A stretch of DNA of 64,000 nt from Patescibacteria group bacterium (GCA_038065615.1 JBBTQQ010000001.1:76207-140206); one strand, 5' to 3'; shown: positions 54,135 to 63,825, counted from the first letter of the stretch. Made by a program: numbers and translations. The notes: generated from the sequence alone by a model not told the origin.

Positions 54135-56228
54135 ATGGATTACAGATATCTCATTGAAATCTTTGCGGCACTAATCGGCATCTTCTGCGTAGGTCTAAGT
54201 TTTATCATGCTGATGCACTGGCGCGGTAAAAAAGACGTCGGCTATTTTTCTTTCAGTATTTTAAGCGCAGGGCTGTGGATTCTTTCTGTATATTTTGCTG
54301 ATATTTCCACTGATTTACCAGGGCTTGTTTTCTGGACAAAGCTTGCTTCAATCTGCGCTTTGTTTTATGTTTTCTTTTTCGTTATTTTCGGATATTCGTT
54401 CAGACATCCAGGAAAAAATTGGAAAATATATCTTGCACTAATTCTCCCTATTCTTGCAAATACAATATATCTATACAGATTTCCATTAAACGAAGTGTAT
54501 GTTTCTGACCCGTTTATTGGTTTTAGTTATGACCATCCTGTTGGAGGAATTTTAAGCGGAAACTTTTCTTTATACCTACTCCTCTTCCTCATATATTACA
54601 TGATTGGTTATGTTATTTTGCTGTGGAAGTACGGAACACTTCCTCTTAGAACAAGACTTCAAATTAAATACATCTTAATTGGCACAACTATTTCAATTAT
54701 CGCTGCTGCACTTTTTGATATCCTTTTACCACTTCAAGGCATTGACTATCTATATGCTTTAGGGCCTGCTTGTACTGCTCTTTTAATCTTAAGCACTGCA
54801 TATGCAATAGCGAAACATAATCTTTTAGAGATTAAAGTAGTCATTCAGCGAGGAGTAATCTACTCTCTTTTGATCGCTCTTGTTGTTGGCTTCTATCTCC
54901 TTCTTCTGTTTATACTTCGTTCCGTATACTTTGAACCAACAGGAAAAACCGCAAGCCTTGTTAGCGCGATTATTACCACCTTACTAGGTATCTTTGGTGC
55001 TCCTTTGTTAGAAAGAATTTTAAGGAAAATAACTGACAAGGTGTTTTTCAAAGAACGCTATGACTATTCCAAAGCAGTGCAAGAGTTAGTTAGAATATTA
55101 AACGAAGAAATAGAGTTTGAAGCACTAGTTAATGAAAGTAAAAATACTCTTCAGAAAATACTTAAAACTAAAACAATTCATTTTCTTTTTCTAAAATCAA
55201 ATCCTGATTCAGCCCTATCCGAACATACCCAAAAAAATGGACTATTAAGCTCAGAACACATCCAGGGCATTAGAGGAATACTTCTAGTAGATGAATTAAG
55301 TAATGAAATTCTAATATCTGGCGCTAAATATTACGATACAGAACTAATTGTTCCGCTTTTAGCAGCCCAAAAGGTGATTGGTCTTGCTTTTGTTCCAAAG
55401 AAACTTTCAGGCGAACAATATTCTAATCAAGACATTGACCTATTAAATGTTTTCTCATTACAAGCTGGGGTCTCTTTGGAAAAAGCAAGATTACTCTGGG
55501 AGGTTCAAAGATATTCTAATGAACTGGAACAGCGTGTTGAAGAAAGAACCCATAGGATTCAACAGCTTCAGCAAGAACAAAAAAACTTTATGAATGATAT
55601 TTCACATTCTCTACAAACTCCATTAACTGTCATTAAAGGAGAGCTTGATTTCCTTAAGATGCGCTCTAAACCAATAAAAGAGTTGGGGAAGTTTGAGAAA
55701 TCAGTTGATGAAATATCTCGTCTAATCTACAACCTCCTTAAACTAGCAAAGATTGAAATGCAGGATATGGGCGCTAAAAAAGAACGGATCAACTTAAGCG
55801 TTCTCCTTGAAGATATAATCGAGTACCTGGATGTGCTTTGTAAAACAAATGATATCAAGATCGTAAAAAATATTCAGTCTGATGTTTTTGTTTTAGGTAA
55901 CGCTGAATCTTTAGAAACACTGATTACTAATCTAACAAGCAATGCAATAAAGTACATAGCGAACAAGAAAATAATTACGATCACGCTTCAAAAAACTGAC
56001 CATGTTGTGCTATCTATTAAAGACACTGGTATTGGTATAGAAAAAGAAGATTTAAAATATATTTTCAACCGTTTCTACAGAGTCGGCACTTCTAAATCAG
56101 AAGTTTCCGGAACAGGATTGGGTTTGGCAATCTGCAAAAAAATAGCCCAGAACCACGGCGGAGACATTTCTGTAGAAAGCATTCCAAAACAAGGAACAAC
56201 TTTTACAGTTAGGTTCCCTTTAATTTAA
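54135..56228 (+). CDS. sensor histidine kinase with polytopic N-terminal membrane domain
   Basis: About 8 TM helices, a central GAF-like region, HisKA H-box (MNDISHSLQTPLT) and HATPase_c N/G1/G2 boxes (GTGLGLAICKKIAQNHGGDI). Confidence 0.9.
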   Translation: MDYRYLIEIFAALIGIFCVGLSFIMLMHWRGKKDVGYFSFSILSAGLWILSVYFADISTDLPGLVFWTKLASICALFYVFFFVIFGYSFRHPGKNWKIYLALILPILANTIYLYRFPLNEVYVSDPFIGFSYDHPVGGILSGNFSLYLLLFLIYYMIGYVILLWKYGTLPLRTRLQIKYILIGTTISIIAAALFDILLPLQGIDYLYALGPACTALLILSTAYAIAKHNLLEIKVVIQRGVIYSLLIALVVGFYLLLLFILRSVYFEPTGKTASLVSAIITTLLGIFGAPLLERILRKITDKVFFKERYDYSKAVQELVRILNEEIEFEALVNESKNTLQKILKTKTIHFLFLKSNPDSALSEHTQKNGLLSSEHIQGIRGILLVDELSNEILISGAKYYDTELIVPLLAAQKVIGLAFVPKKLSGEQYSNQDIDLLNVFSLQAGVSLEKARLLWEVQRYSNELEQRVEERTHRIQQLQQEQKNFMNDISHSLQTPLTVIKGELDFLKMRSKPIKELGKFEKSVDEISRLIYNLLKLAKIEMQDMGAKKERINLSVLLEDIIEYLDVLCKTNDIKIVKNIQSDVFVLGNAESLETLITNLTSNAIKYIANKKIITITLQKTDHVVLSIKDTGIGIEKEDLKYIFNRFYRVGTSKSEVSGTGLGLAICKKIAQNHGGDISVESIPKQGTTFTVRFPLI

Positions 56229-56274
56229 TAGATAAAAAAGGAAAAGCACAGTGAACTTGCTACCAGTATATATA

Positions 56275-56305
56275 CAAAAAACGCTTTTGTTTTAAAGCGT
56301 TTTTA
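56275..56305. terminator. bidirectional hairpin terminator between the kinase gene (+) and the DUF3105 gene (-)
   Basis: aaaacgctttt-gtttt-aaagcgtttt with T/A runs on both sides. Confidence 0.55.
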
Positions 56306-56317
56306 AAATATCCTTAA

Positions 56318-56824
56318 TTAATCTGCTAACTTTTCTGGTGAGTTATTTATATTTGCTTTAATGAAGCTTAATATTTCTTCTTGATTAAAGCTATCTAATT
56401 TTTGTAGTCTACCCCAAGAAGCAAGTGCGATCTTAGAATCATTGTTAGCTCTAGGAGTAACGACAACAGAACCTGGATTTTGACGTCCTATTATTTCTAA
56501 CTCACTCTTAGTTTGCTCATCGATGTCTTTGTAAGAAATCCAGATTCCGCCATGTTCCAAGTTATGAATCAGCTGCTCATCTGGTAACGGGTTTTCATAA
56601 ACACCCCAATTTGCTTGTTGAGCATAATGCGGTCCAGATGTAGGTGGATTAGAATTATACGGTTCGTGAGTTGCTCCAACATCAATGTGGGTAGCTGACT
56701 GCAAGTCAACAAGTTCTCCTTTTAAAATAGAATCTTGTGCTGGAGTCTTGTCATTCTTAATTAACCAAATTCCAAGACCAACAAACAATATCAATGTAAT
56801 CAAAACAGTTGTAACGGTTTTCAT
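56318..56824 (-). CDS. DUF3105-like exported protein
   Basis: N-terminal TM/signal, conserved PPTSGPH and NLEHGG motifs. 168 aa. Confidence 0.6.
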   Translation of the reverse strand: MKTVTTVLITLILFVGLGIWLIKNDKTPAQDSILKGELVDLQSATHIDVGATHEPYNSNPPTSGPHYAQQANWGVYENPLPDEQLIHNLEHGGIWISYKDIDEQTKSELEIIGRQNPGSVVVTPRANNDSKIALASWGRLQKLDSFNQEEILSFIKANINNSPEKLAD

Positions 56825-56841
56825 ATATTTTTAAGCTTTAA

Positions 56842-59010
56842 TTATATTTTTAATTTAGATTCAACCCGTTTTAATAGAACAGCGTTGGTTGCAACAATGA
56901 TTGATGAAGCAGACATAAGCAAAGCAGAAATTTCTGGTCTTAACATTAGTCCAAATGAGGTGTAAAAAACACCGGCTGCAACAGGAATAGCCAAAACATT
57001 GTATATCGCCGCCCAGAAAAGATTCTGCTTCATTTTAGTAACAGTTGCTTTAGAAAGGCGTATAGCAGCAACAATATCATATGGATCGGATTTCATCAAA
57101 ACAATATTACCAGTCTCAATCGCGACGTCTGTGCCAGCGCCAATAGCGATACCAATGTCAGCCTGTGCTAAAGCAGGAGCGTCATTAATACCATCACCAA
57201 CCATGGCCACAAACTTTCCTTCTTCCTGCAGTTTTTTTACGTATTTTACCTTATCCTCTGGTAAGACCTCGGCAAATATGCGATCAATACCTAATCCCTG
57301 ACCAACTGCTTCAGCAACTTTCACATGATCGCCGGTAATCATAATTACTTCTAACCCCAATTCTTTTAATTTTTGAACTGTTTTTTTGGAACTCGGTTTG
57401 ATAGCATCTGCCACGGCAATTATGCCAACAAGTTTGCCGTCTATGGACAAAATACTAAGGGTCTTTCCTTGGTTTGCAAGCTTATCAATTTCACCTCTTG
57501 CAACTGTAGCATCGACGTTGTTGTTCTGCAACAATTTTTCATTGCCTGAAAAAACAGTCTTTCCGTCTATGACACCCTTGATACCAAAACCAGCAATTGA
57601 AGACATTTGAATTCCTTGTTTCAGAATCAATCCACGATTCTTAGACTCATCAATAATTGATTTAGAAATCGGGTGATTGGAACCTAAACCAACACTGGCC
57701 TGATATATTAAAACGTCATCTTCGCTAAAACCATTAAAAGCTATAACGTCAGTGACTTTAGGCTTACCTTCTGTGAGAGTACCAGTTTTGTCCAAAACAA
57801 TGGCAGTAAGACGTGAGGTATTTTCTAAGGTCGCGGCGTCTTTAATGAGAATATTATTTTTTGCTCCAATACCTGTTCCTACTGCAACGACCGTTGGGGT
57901 GGCAAGTCCAAGCGCATCCGGACAAGCAATAACTACCGCTGAGATGGCAAAGGTCAAAGCAGTAAGTGCTGATGCGTCAGCCCCAAAATACCAACTCAAA
58001 AATGTTGCCAACCCTGAACCAACCGCAACTATAACCAACCTCCCTGCCCAACGATCTGCAATACGCTGACCTGGTGCCTTAGAGTTCTGGGCTGTTTCGA
58101 CCATTTTAATAATATGAGCGAGTACGGTTTCTGAACCCACTTTTGTAGCTTTAAACTTTATAACCCCCGTAACATTAACTGAACCACCAACAACTTTGTC
58201 GTTAACAACTTTAGTAACTGGCATTGATTCACCTGTCACTAATGATTCATCAATAGTACTTTCGCCTTCTGTAATTACACCGTCTACCGGTATTTTGTCA
58301 CCTGGTTTTACTAGAACAATATCATCTTGTATAATCTCGGCGCTTTGAATATTAAACTCCAAACCGTTTCGTATTACGGTTGCTTTCGGAGGTACTAAAT
58401 CAAACAAAGCTTGTAAAGAATCTGAGGTTCCTTTGCGCGAACGCATTTCCATCCAGTGACCAAAGAGCACAAAGGTAACTAACAATGCAGCTGCTTCATA
58501 GAACGTTTCTTCTGAACCAATAAAGGTTAGCAGGACGCTAAAGGCATATGCAGCGAGAACGCCGGTTGCTATTAAGACCGCCATGTTAAGCTTTTTTGCT
58601 TTCAAGGAATAGTATGTACCAGTTATGAAGATAGAGCCTGTCCAAAAGACAATTGGTGTGGTTAGAATAAAAAGAATCCAGTTGATTGGAATTGGAGTTG
58701 GTAGATTAAGCTTAAAGAAATTAACTCCAACCGGAGAATAGAGGAAAATCGGTATTGAAAGCAAAAATGAAATCAAGAATCGTTTACGCATATCTGCTTC
58801 CATATGCTTGGCCATAGCAGGATTAGTCATTGCTGATTCGTGATCATGGTGACTCATCTCCTGCATATTTTCTGTTTGAGGGATAGTTGTTTCTTTAGGA
58901 ATTAAATCCATGCCACAACCAGGACATTTACCTGGCGCACTTCTTATTACTTCCGGATGCATCGGACAAGTATAGATTGTATTTGATTGTTGATGATTGT
59001 GATTATTCAT
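56842..59010 (-). CDS. copA: P1B-type heavy-metal (probably Cu/Ag) translocating ATPase
   Basis: DKTGT, GDGINDAP and HP motifs. TM6 motif is CPD (VIACPDALGLATP) rather than CPC. N-terminal CPMHPEV...CPGCGM metal-binding domain and a His/Met-rich N-terminus. Confidence 0.85.
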   Translation of the reverse strand: MNNHNHQQSNTIYTCPMHPEVIRSAPGKCPGCGMDLIPKETTIPQTENMQEMSHHDHESAMTNPAMAKHMEADMRKRFLISFLLSIPIFLYSPVGVNFFKLNLPTPIPINWILFILTTPIVFWTGSIFITGTYYSLKAKKLNMAVLIATGVLAAYAFSVLLTFIGSEETFYEAAALLVTFVLFGHWMEMRSRKGTSDSLQALFDLVPPKATVIRNGLEFNIQSAEIIQDDIVLVKPGDKIPVDGVITEGESTIDESLVTGESMPVTKVVNDKVVGGSVNVTGVIKFKATKVGSETVLAHIIKMVETAQNSKAPGQRIADRWAGRLVIVAVGSGLATFLSWYFGADASALTALTFAISAVVIACPDALGLATPTVVAVGTGIGAKNNILIKDAATLENTSRLTAIVLDKTGTLTEGKPKVTDVIAFNGFSEDDVLIYQASVGLGSNHPISKSIIDESKNRGLILKQGIQMSSIAGFGIKGVIDGKTVFSGNEKLLQNNNVDATVARGEIDKLANQGKTLSILSIDGKLVGIIAVADAIKPSSKKTVQKLKELGLEVIMITGDHVKVAEAVGQGLGIDRIFAEVLPEDKVKYVKKLQEEGKFVAMVGDGINDAPALAQADIGIAIGAGTDVAIETGNIVLMKSDPYDIVAAIRLSKATVTKMKQNLFWAAIYNVLAIPVAAGVFYTSFGLMLRPEISALLMSASSIIVATNAVLLKRVESKLKI

Positions 59011-59018
59011 GTGAGTTA

Positions 59019-59612
59019 TTAATATTTTGAGATCATTTCAAACAATTTGTCGTTGTTTATAGCCATATTCGCATCATCAAAGACGTCCCTAACTATTCCT
59101 TGCTTGTCTATCATTATATAGGTGTGCCCTGGAAGTTGCCCTGCATGCATTGAAGACCCCATTGATACAATTCCGAGCTGACGAGAAGAAATCGCGTCCT
59201 GATCGAATAACGTGGTAACTTTTGCTAGATCCGGCATTTTATCAATCGCTTTCTGCCAGTCTGCTACTGAATCGGCTACTACTGAATCGGCTATTATGTC
59301 ATCGCTGTTGAATCGATTGTCTGTACCGAAAGCTGCCATTTGATCCCAACAAGCTGGATAACACATTAATCCTTCATTGAAAAACAAAACAGCATTCTTT
59401 CCCTTTAAACTAGAAAAATCATAAACATTCCCAGTATTGTCTCTAAGCTGCATATCAGGCAAAGGCTTGCCTATCAAACTATTGGTACTTGTTATTGCTT
59501 TCTGCTCCTGTTCACTAGTCTTGCTGGTATTTAATAGCGCTAACCCTAAAACTACCAAAGCAATAGCAATTAAGCCGACTAAACCTATTCCCTTTATTTT
59601 ATCATTAATCAT
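59019..59612 (-). CDS. membrane-anchored thioredoxin-fold protein (TlpA/SCO-like)
   Basis: Single TM anchor. Cys pair in LMCYPACWDQ. Start taken at the internal Met to avoid overlap with ccdA; the caller's start is 59636. Confidence 0.55.
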   Translation of the reverse strand: MINDKIKGIGLVGLIAIALVVLGLALLNTSKTSEQEQKAITSTNSLIGKPLPDMQLRDNTGNVYDFSSLKGKNAVLFFNEGLMCYPACWDQMAAFGTDNRFNSDDIIADSVVADSVADWQKAIDKMPDLAKVTTLFDQDAISSRQLGIVSMGSSMHAGQLPGHTYIMIDKQGIVRDVFDDANMAINNDKLFEMISKY

Positions 59613-60462
59613 GTTTTTTAAATTGTTTAATAGCATAAATTATTAGCATAACGAAAATCAACAGAACGATTCCTGCCCATACTGACTCTGGAACTTTTTG
59701 AGTAAATCCGCGAATTGAACTGACGATATTAGCAACAATGATATTAGTAGAAAGCTGATAATTGGATTGCATCGCCAATCTGTTTACTAGAGCTAAATAT
59801 ATTATATATATACCGACACCAAGAAAAACAAAACCAGCGACAGCACTAGCCAAGTTAAAACGCCAGGTAAAATCTTTGATCTTTAAAGTTCTTGGTTTTC
59901 TTAAAGAAACAAATTTTTGTGTGAAGTTTATCTTGTCCAAATAAAAAGCGATTAAGAATAGAGGAGTTACCATACCTAAAACATAACTCAATGTGTAGAC
60001 ACCACCCCAAAGAATGCTTCCGCTTGTAACTGAAAGTGCTAAAACTCCTGCCAGCACAGGCGCGCAACATGTTGTTGCTATAGCTGAAAAAATACCAAGC
60101 ATATAAACAGAAAGGACACTATATTTCTTTACCGAAGGTTTTATGAATGCCGGCAATGACATATCCATACCGATCAGAAGCGCTATACCTAAACCAGAAA
60201 GCATTAATCCTCCTAAAGTAAAAACTAAATTATGATATCTATTAAATACCTGAGCCAAAGCTGAAGCCCCAAGACCTATTGGCAAGAAGACTGTCAAAAT
60301 CCCTAGGAAGAATATAAAGGTCATTAAGACTACCTTGTATCGTTCTTTAAACACTGACCCTAAATATGAGGGCAGCAAAACTGTTATGCAGCATGGTGCA
60401 AACAGAGCAGCTATTCCGGCAATGAATGCCGCGACTATTGATGTGCTTGAAAGTAAATCCAT
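59605..60462 (-). CDS. ccdA: CcdA/DsbD-family transmembrane thiol-disulfide electron transporter
   Basis: 6-8 TM protein with a conserved Cys pair in the first TM region (FAPCCITVLLP) and a second Cys region (TTCCAPVLAG). Confidence 0.65.
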   Translation of the reverse strand: MDLLSSTSIVAAFIAGIAALFAPCCITVLLPSYLGSVFKERYKVVLMTFIFFLGILTVFLPIGLGASALAQVFNRYHNLVFTLGGLMLSGLGIALLIGMDMSLPAFIKPSVKKYSVLSVYMLGIFSAIATTCCAPVLAGVLALSVTSGSILWGGVYTLSYVLGMVTPLFLIAFYLDKINFTQKFVSLRKPRTLKIKDFTWRFNLASAVAGFVFLGVGIYIIYLALVNRLAMQSNYQLSTNIIVANIVSSIRGFTQKVPESVWAGIVLLIFVMLIIYAIKQFKKHD

Positions 60463-60465
60463 AAG

Positions 60466-60666
60466 TTATTCCTTAAACCTTTCGTCGTCTTCAACAGACA
60501 AACTTTTTGCTTCTTCCTTGTTAATGGCTAGTTTAGCAATGAGGTAATTGCAACTATCGTGTGTACTACACCACACTTCACAATCTTTTGCAGTCTTTTC
60601 GTCCGTGTATTTTAATTTACAAATTTTGCATTGGTAGATAGTCATAAATTTTTTAACCTTCTCCAT
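60466..60666 (-). CDS. small Cys-rich putative zinc-ribbon protein (66 aa)
   Basis: CKICK...CEVWCSTHDSC: four to five Cys plus His in 66 aa. Confidence 0.4.
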   Translation of the reverse strand: MEKVKKFMTIYQCKICKLKYTDEKTAKDCEVWCSTHDSCNYLIAKLAINKEEAKSLSVEDDERFKE

Positions 60667-61355
60667 GTAAAATGTTCGTAAACACTAGACCAATAAAAAC
60701 CGAGAATGATTGCAAATAACAACTCCTCAAGCGGGATGCCGGTGACAAGGACACCTGATAAGTTTTCCAGATTCCAAACTTGCCTAACGTAACCCGGATA
60801 TGCTGCAATTAGAACCAAAAAATAGAAGTAATAGAGGATGAAAAATAACACGGCACTAATAAACATCTTTTTTGTTAAATCTGGTCGGCAATAAGCAGCA
60901 AGCAAACCGCCAATTGTTCCCGCAATTATAAAATCGTATATTGGATTGAGGTTGGTGCTGAAAAAGAAAAAGATTATCAAAACAGGTACTGACCACCAAA
61001 TGGCACGATGGAATCGGTGTCTGTAAGAATGGTGATTACTGGAAATCTTTCTTTCAATCTTATGGAATATCGCACTATATAAAGAGAAGACTATACCACC
61101 GGCTGCAAAGGCGAAAATCAAACTCTCAATATCGAAACCCGTACGGTGTGCCAGGTCAAAAAGTGATGGTGGGCTCCAATAAGCGGGAACAAAAATCGGT
61201 TCAGTAAATCCAAGTAAAGATGTCCACAAACTAATGATAAGCATTTCTTTCCTTGCTCTACTATTTTTCAGAAAAAAATAAATTATCGCCCATATCACGA
61301 CAAGAAGTAAGCTCCAGAATAACCAAACTAGTTGTGGCTCATGAATATTGATCAC
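60642..61355 (-). CDS. hypothetical polytopic membrane protein
   Basis: 237 aa, about 6 TM helices, no motif recognised. Confidence 0.45.
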   Translation of the reverse strand: MINIHEPQLVWLFWSLLLVVIWAIIYFFLKNSRARKEMLIISLWTSLLGFTEPIFVPAYWSPPSLFDLAHRTGFDIESLIFAFAAGGIVFSLYSAIFHKIERKISSNHHSYRHRFHRAIWWSVPVLIIFFFFSTNLNPIYDFIIAGTIGGLLAAYCRPDLTKKMFISAVLFFILYYFYFLVLIAAYPGYVRQVWNLENLSGVLVTGIPLEELLFAIILGFYWSSVYEHFTWRRLKNL

Positions 61356-61356
61356 T

Positions 61357-61797
61357 TCATTCTAAATCCCATATTAATGATCGTTCCGATATACCACCAA
61401 CATCTTTTATTCTCAACTCAATATATTTTGGAACTGAATTAATGCTTCTAAAAATCAAAGTTCCTTCTCGATGATGACCACCAGACCCAGGTCCTTCCCA
61501 AGACAAAGGTTCAAAAACATTCCCTTTATCATCAATTAAACTTATAACCTTTGTGGGATCCTGATCTAACTCTTCTGAGTGGGTAGTAAAAGTAACTGTG
61601 AATTTCCATTGACTTGTATTTTTTCCTAAATCTATCGGTGTTGCTTTAACGAGCACCGAACCTTGTTCATCAGTTTTAGTTTGCCATTGCTTTACAACCA
61701 CCTGCTGATTACCCCTGTTCTGCCCTTTGTAAACCATAAAATAATAATAGGACAAAAAGATTAATATTAAAATAGCCACCAATCGCAAGTATCTCAT
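61357..61797 (-). CDS. hypothetical exported protein
   Basis: 146 aa with N-terminal TM/signal. Co-oriented in the copper locus. Confidence 0.4.
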   Translation of the reverse strand: MRYLRLVAILILIFLSYYYFMVYKGQNRGNQQVVVKQWQTKTDEQGSVLVKATPIDLGKNTSQWKFTVTFTTHSEELDQDPTKVISLIDDKGNVFEPLSWEGPGSGGHHREGTLIFRSINSVPKYIELRIKDVGGISERSLIWDLE

Positions 61798-62234
61798 ACT
61801 CCTTTTACTTTCTGTACTTTATGAATCATGTATATAATTCCTGCGACGTTAAAAAGTAGTCCTACCCAGAAAAATTGCGTCTGGTATTGAGCAATAAAAG
61901 TTACCAATCCGACAGTTCCTAGAATGGGAAGGATATTGGTTAAATAATGCGCACAACAAGATATCATGGCAGCGGTCGATGTGGTTGCTGTTACTCCCAA
62001 GACTTTTCCTGAACCACGACCACTGGCGACTAATATTTTTAAATAAGTGTACAATCCAACCTGGATACCAAAACCTAAAGCTAGACTGATGATAAAATAC
62101 CAATAGGTTGCGAATTGTGTTTTGGCAAACGACCAGTCTGAAATTAAACCAACTACTAAGAAATACAATATCAACATTATCAGGGTAGCAATTACGCCAT
62201 TGCGCATCGGTTTTTCGATGAAAGATCGCTCCAT
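61794..62234 (-). CDS. hypothetical 4-TM membrane protein
   Basis: 146 aa hydrophobic ORF. Overlaps the downstream gene by 4 nt. Confidence 0.4.
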   Translation of the reverse strand: MERSFIEKPMRNGVIATLIMLILYFLVVGLISDWSFAKTQFATYWYFIISLALGFGIQVGLYTYLKILVASGRGSGKVLGVTATTSTAAMISCCAHYLTNILPILGTVGLVTFIAQYQTQFFWVGLLFNVAGIIYMIHKVQKVKGV

Positions 62235-62240
62235 AGAAAT

Positions 62241-62492
62241 TTAAACGTAAGCAGCAGGGTCTTCATCGAACTGCTGTTTACAATACTCAGAACAAAAATA
62301 ATAAGGATTGTTCTGATATTCTGTCTTTATCATGTCATTTACAGACATACCACAAACGGGATCTTTGTGCCCAACATTTGTTGGCTTAACAAAATAACCA
62401 GATTTAGTTATTTTTTTTATTAATGACTTAATTTTGTGATGCATAGTATATTTTTTAATGACAACTGTTATGATCAGAATTAGATTCCACAT
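62241..62492 (-). CDS. YHS/TRASH-domain metal-binding protein
   Basis: DPVCGMSV...YYFCSEYCKQQFDEDP matches the YHS domain consensus (C-G-M, Y-F-C-S, C). Confidence 0.7.
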   Translation of the reverse strand: MWNLILIITVVIKKYTMHHKIKSLIKKITKSGYFVKPTNVGHKDPVCGMSVNDMIKTEYQNNPYYFCSEYCKQQFDEDPAAYV

Positions 62493-62694
62493 CTTTTTTA
62501 TCTTTGTTTTGACCTGTTTTTTTCTTAATTATGAAATGCCATATTGCATATACTGCCAAAAAACCTAAAATAATCCATGTGCCTACTCCGAAACTCTTAG
62601 CCCCTACGCCAAAAAAGAGAATCAAAATAACAGGTGCGAGACAGCAAGCCATCATCAACCACATCATTTTAGAATCATGATTATTATGATTCAT
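62455..62694 (-). CDS. small His-rich membrane protein
   Basis: 79 aa. N-terminal HNNH and C-terminal SDHNSCH flank two TM helices; ACC within the TM region. Confidence 0.35.
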   Translation of the reverse strand: MNHNNHDSKMMWLMMACCLAPVILILFFGVGAKSFGVGTWIILGFLAVYAIWHFIIKKKTGQNKDKKDVESNSDHNSCH

Positions 62695-62709
62695 ATACTA
62701 GATTTGTTT

Positions 62710-63015
62710 CTACTTTTCAGTCTTAATACTTGAATTATGCATCCAAACCATGTAAGCACCGAATATCCATGCGAAGATGGCAAAAAGAATTGCGCCCCAT
62801 ACAAAACTTCCAAAGGTTAACCAAGTAAAACCGGGCAAGGTTTCAAATAGTGTGTGGTGCAGTTCTACTGCTCTTGTACTTCTCAGAGGTAAAAGCCCGC
62901 CTAATAGACAAACAATATACACTATTTCTGAACCAAGTATGCACTTCTTAACATAAGACGATAATGATAGTTTTCCCATATATTTGTTATTAAACGATTT
63001 CTCCGCGCTTCTCAA
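62710..63015 (-). CDS. hypothetical membrane protein (101 aa)
   Basis: Two or three TM helices in the operon. Confidence 0.35.
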   Translation of the reverse strand: MRSAEKSFNNKYMGKLSLSSYVKKCILGSEIVYIVCLLGGLLPLRSTRAVELHHTLFETLPGFTWLTFGSFVWGAILFAIFAWIFGAYMVWMHNSSIKTEK

Positions 63016-63211
63016 GCATCATGTGATGGATCGTTCCGACCTGAGCCCAGATTGCGATTAGAATAAGGATGATGGCGCAAAACAAAGCGTCAAACTTCGT
63101 AACACCAAAAACAAGATTATCGGATCCTCCTAAGATTGCGCCAATAAATACAATCACTCCTGCTAAACCCACGATAACACTAACTACATGCATTATTTTT
63201 GATAATTTCAT
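62990..63211 (-). CDS. hypothetical small membrane protein (73 aa)
   Basis: Two TM helices in the operon. Confidence 0.35.
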   Translation of the reverse strand: MKLSKIMHVVSVIVGLAGVIVFIGAILGGSDNLVFGVTKFDALFCAIILILIAIWAQVGTIHHMMLEKRGEIV

Positions 63212-63238
63212 ATTTTTATTAGTTAATTAATCTAACAT

Positions 63239-63466
63239 TTAAGCTTTTAAATCCCTTTCTTTTTCTTCAAACTCTTTTTTATCAATCTCACCCTTAGCAT
63301 ACCTTTCCTTTAGGATATCCAGGGCTGATTTTTTATGGAACTTTTCACAGTTACTTCCGCCAAATTCTTTGACTGCCCAAACAATGAGCAAAATAATTAC
63401 AACCCAAAAAACTAACATCATAATACCTCCTCCAATACCCCACATATGACCATAGTTGTACCACAT
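63239..63466 (-). CDS. SHOCT-domain membrane protein
   Basis: TM helix followed by ILKERYAKGEIDKKEFEEKERDL (SHOCT motif). Confidence 0.65.
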   Translation of the reverse strand: MWYNYGHMWGIGGGIMMLVFWVVIILLIVWAVKEFGGSNCEKFHKKSALDILKERYAKGEIDKKEFEEKERDLKA

Positions 63467-63470
63467 ATTT

Positions 63471-63761
63471 TTACCTATTTGATAAGGTGTAAACCTTAAT
63501 TAATTCTTTAATAGCTTTTTCTTCTTGATTCTCATGTTTAATCTGATGCGTGACATGGGTCTTAAGGTGATTCTCAAGCAAAAAAGCATCCAAGCTCTTA
63601 AGCGACCTTTGAATGGAAAGAGACTGCTCCAAAAGAACCGGGCAATACTGTTCAGCTTCAATGGCCTTAATCAAACCCTCTAGCTGCCCCCTTATAATCT
63701 TTGCTCGATGAATAGCTCGTTTCTTAAGCTTCTGGTCTAATGCGTGTTGCATACTTATCAA
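63471..63761 (-). CDS. csoR: CsoR/RcnR-family metal-sensing transcriptional repressor
   Basis: 96 aa helical protein with the conserved RIEGQ-like RGQLEGLIKAI segment and the metal-ligand pattern C (YCPVLLEQ)...H...H. It heads the copper-related operon. Confidence 0.7.
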   Translation of the reverse strand: MISMQHALDQKLKKRAIHRAKIIRGQLEGLIKAIEAEQYCPVLLEQSLSIQRSLKSLDAFLLENHLKTHVTHQIKHENQEEKAIKELIKVYTLSNR

Positions 63762-63825
63762 CTGTTTTAATTCTTAAATACCCTATACCCCTATATACTA
63801 TCATATGGCATTTTACTGTCAAGTC

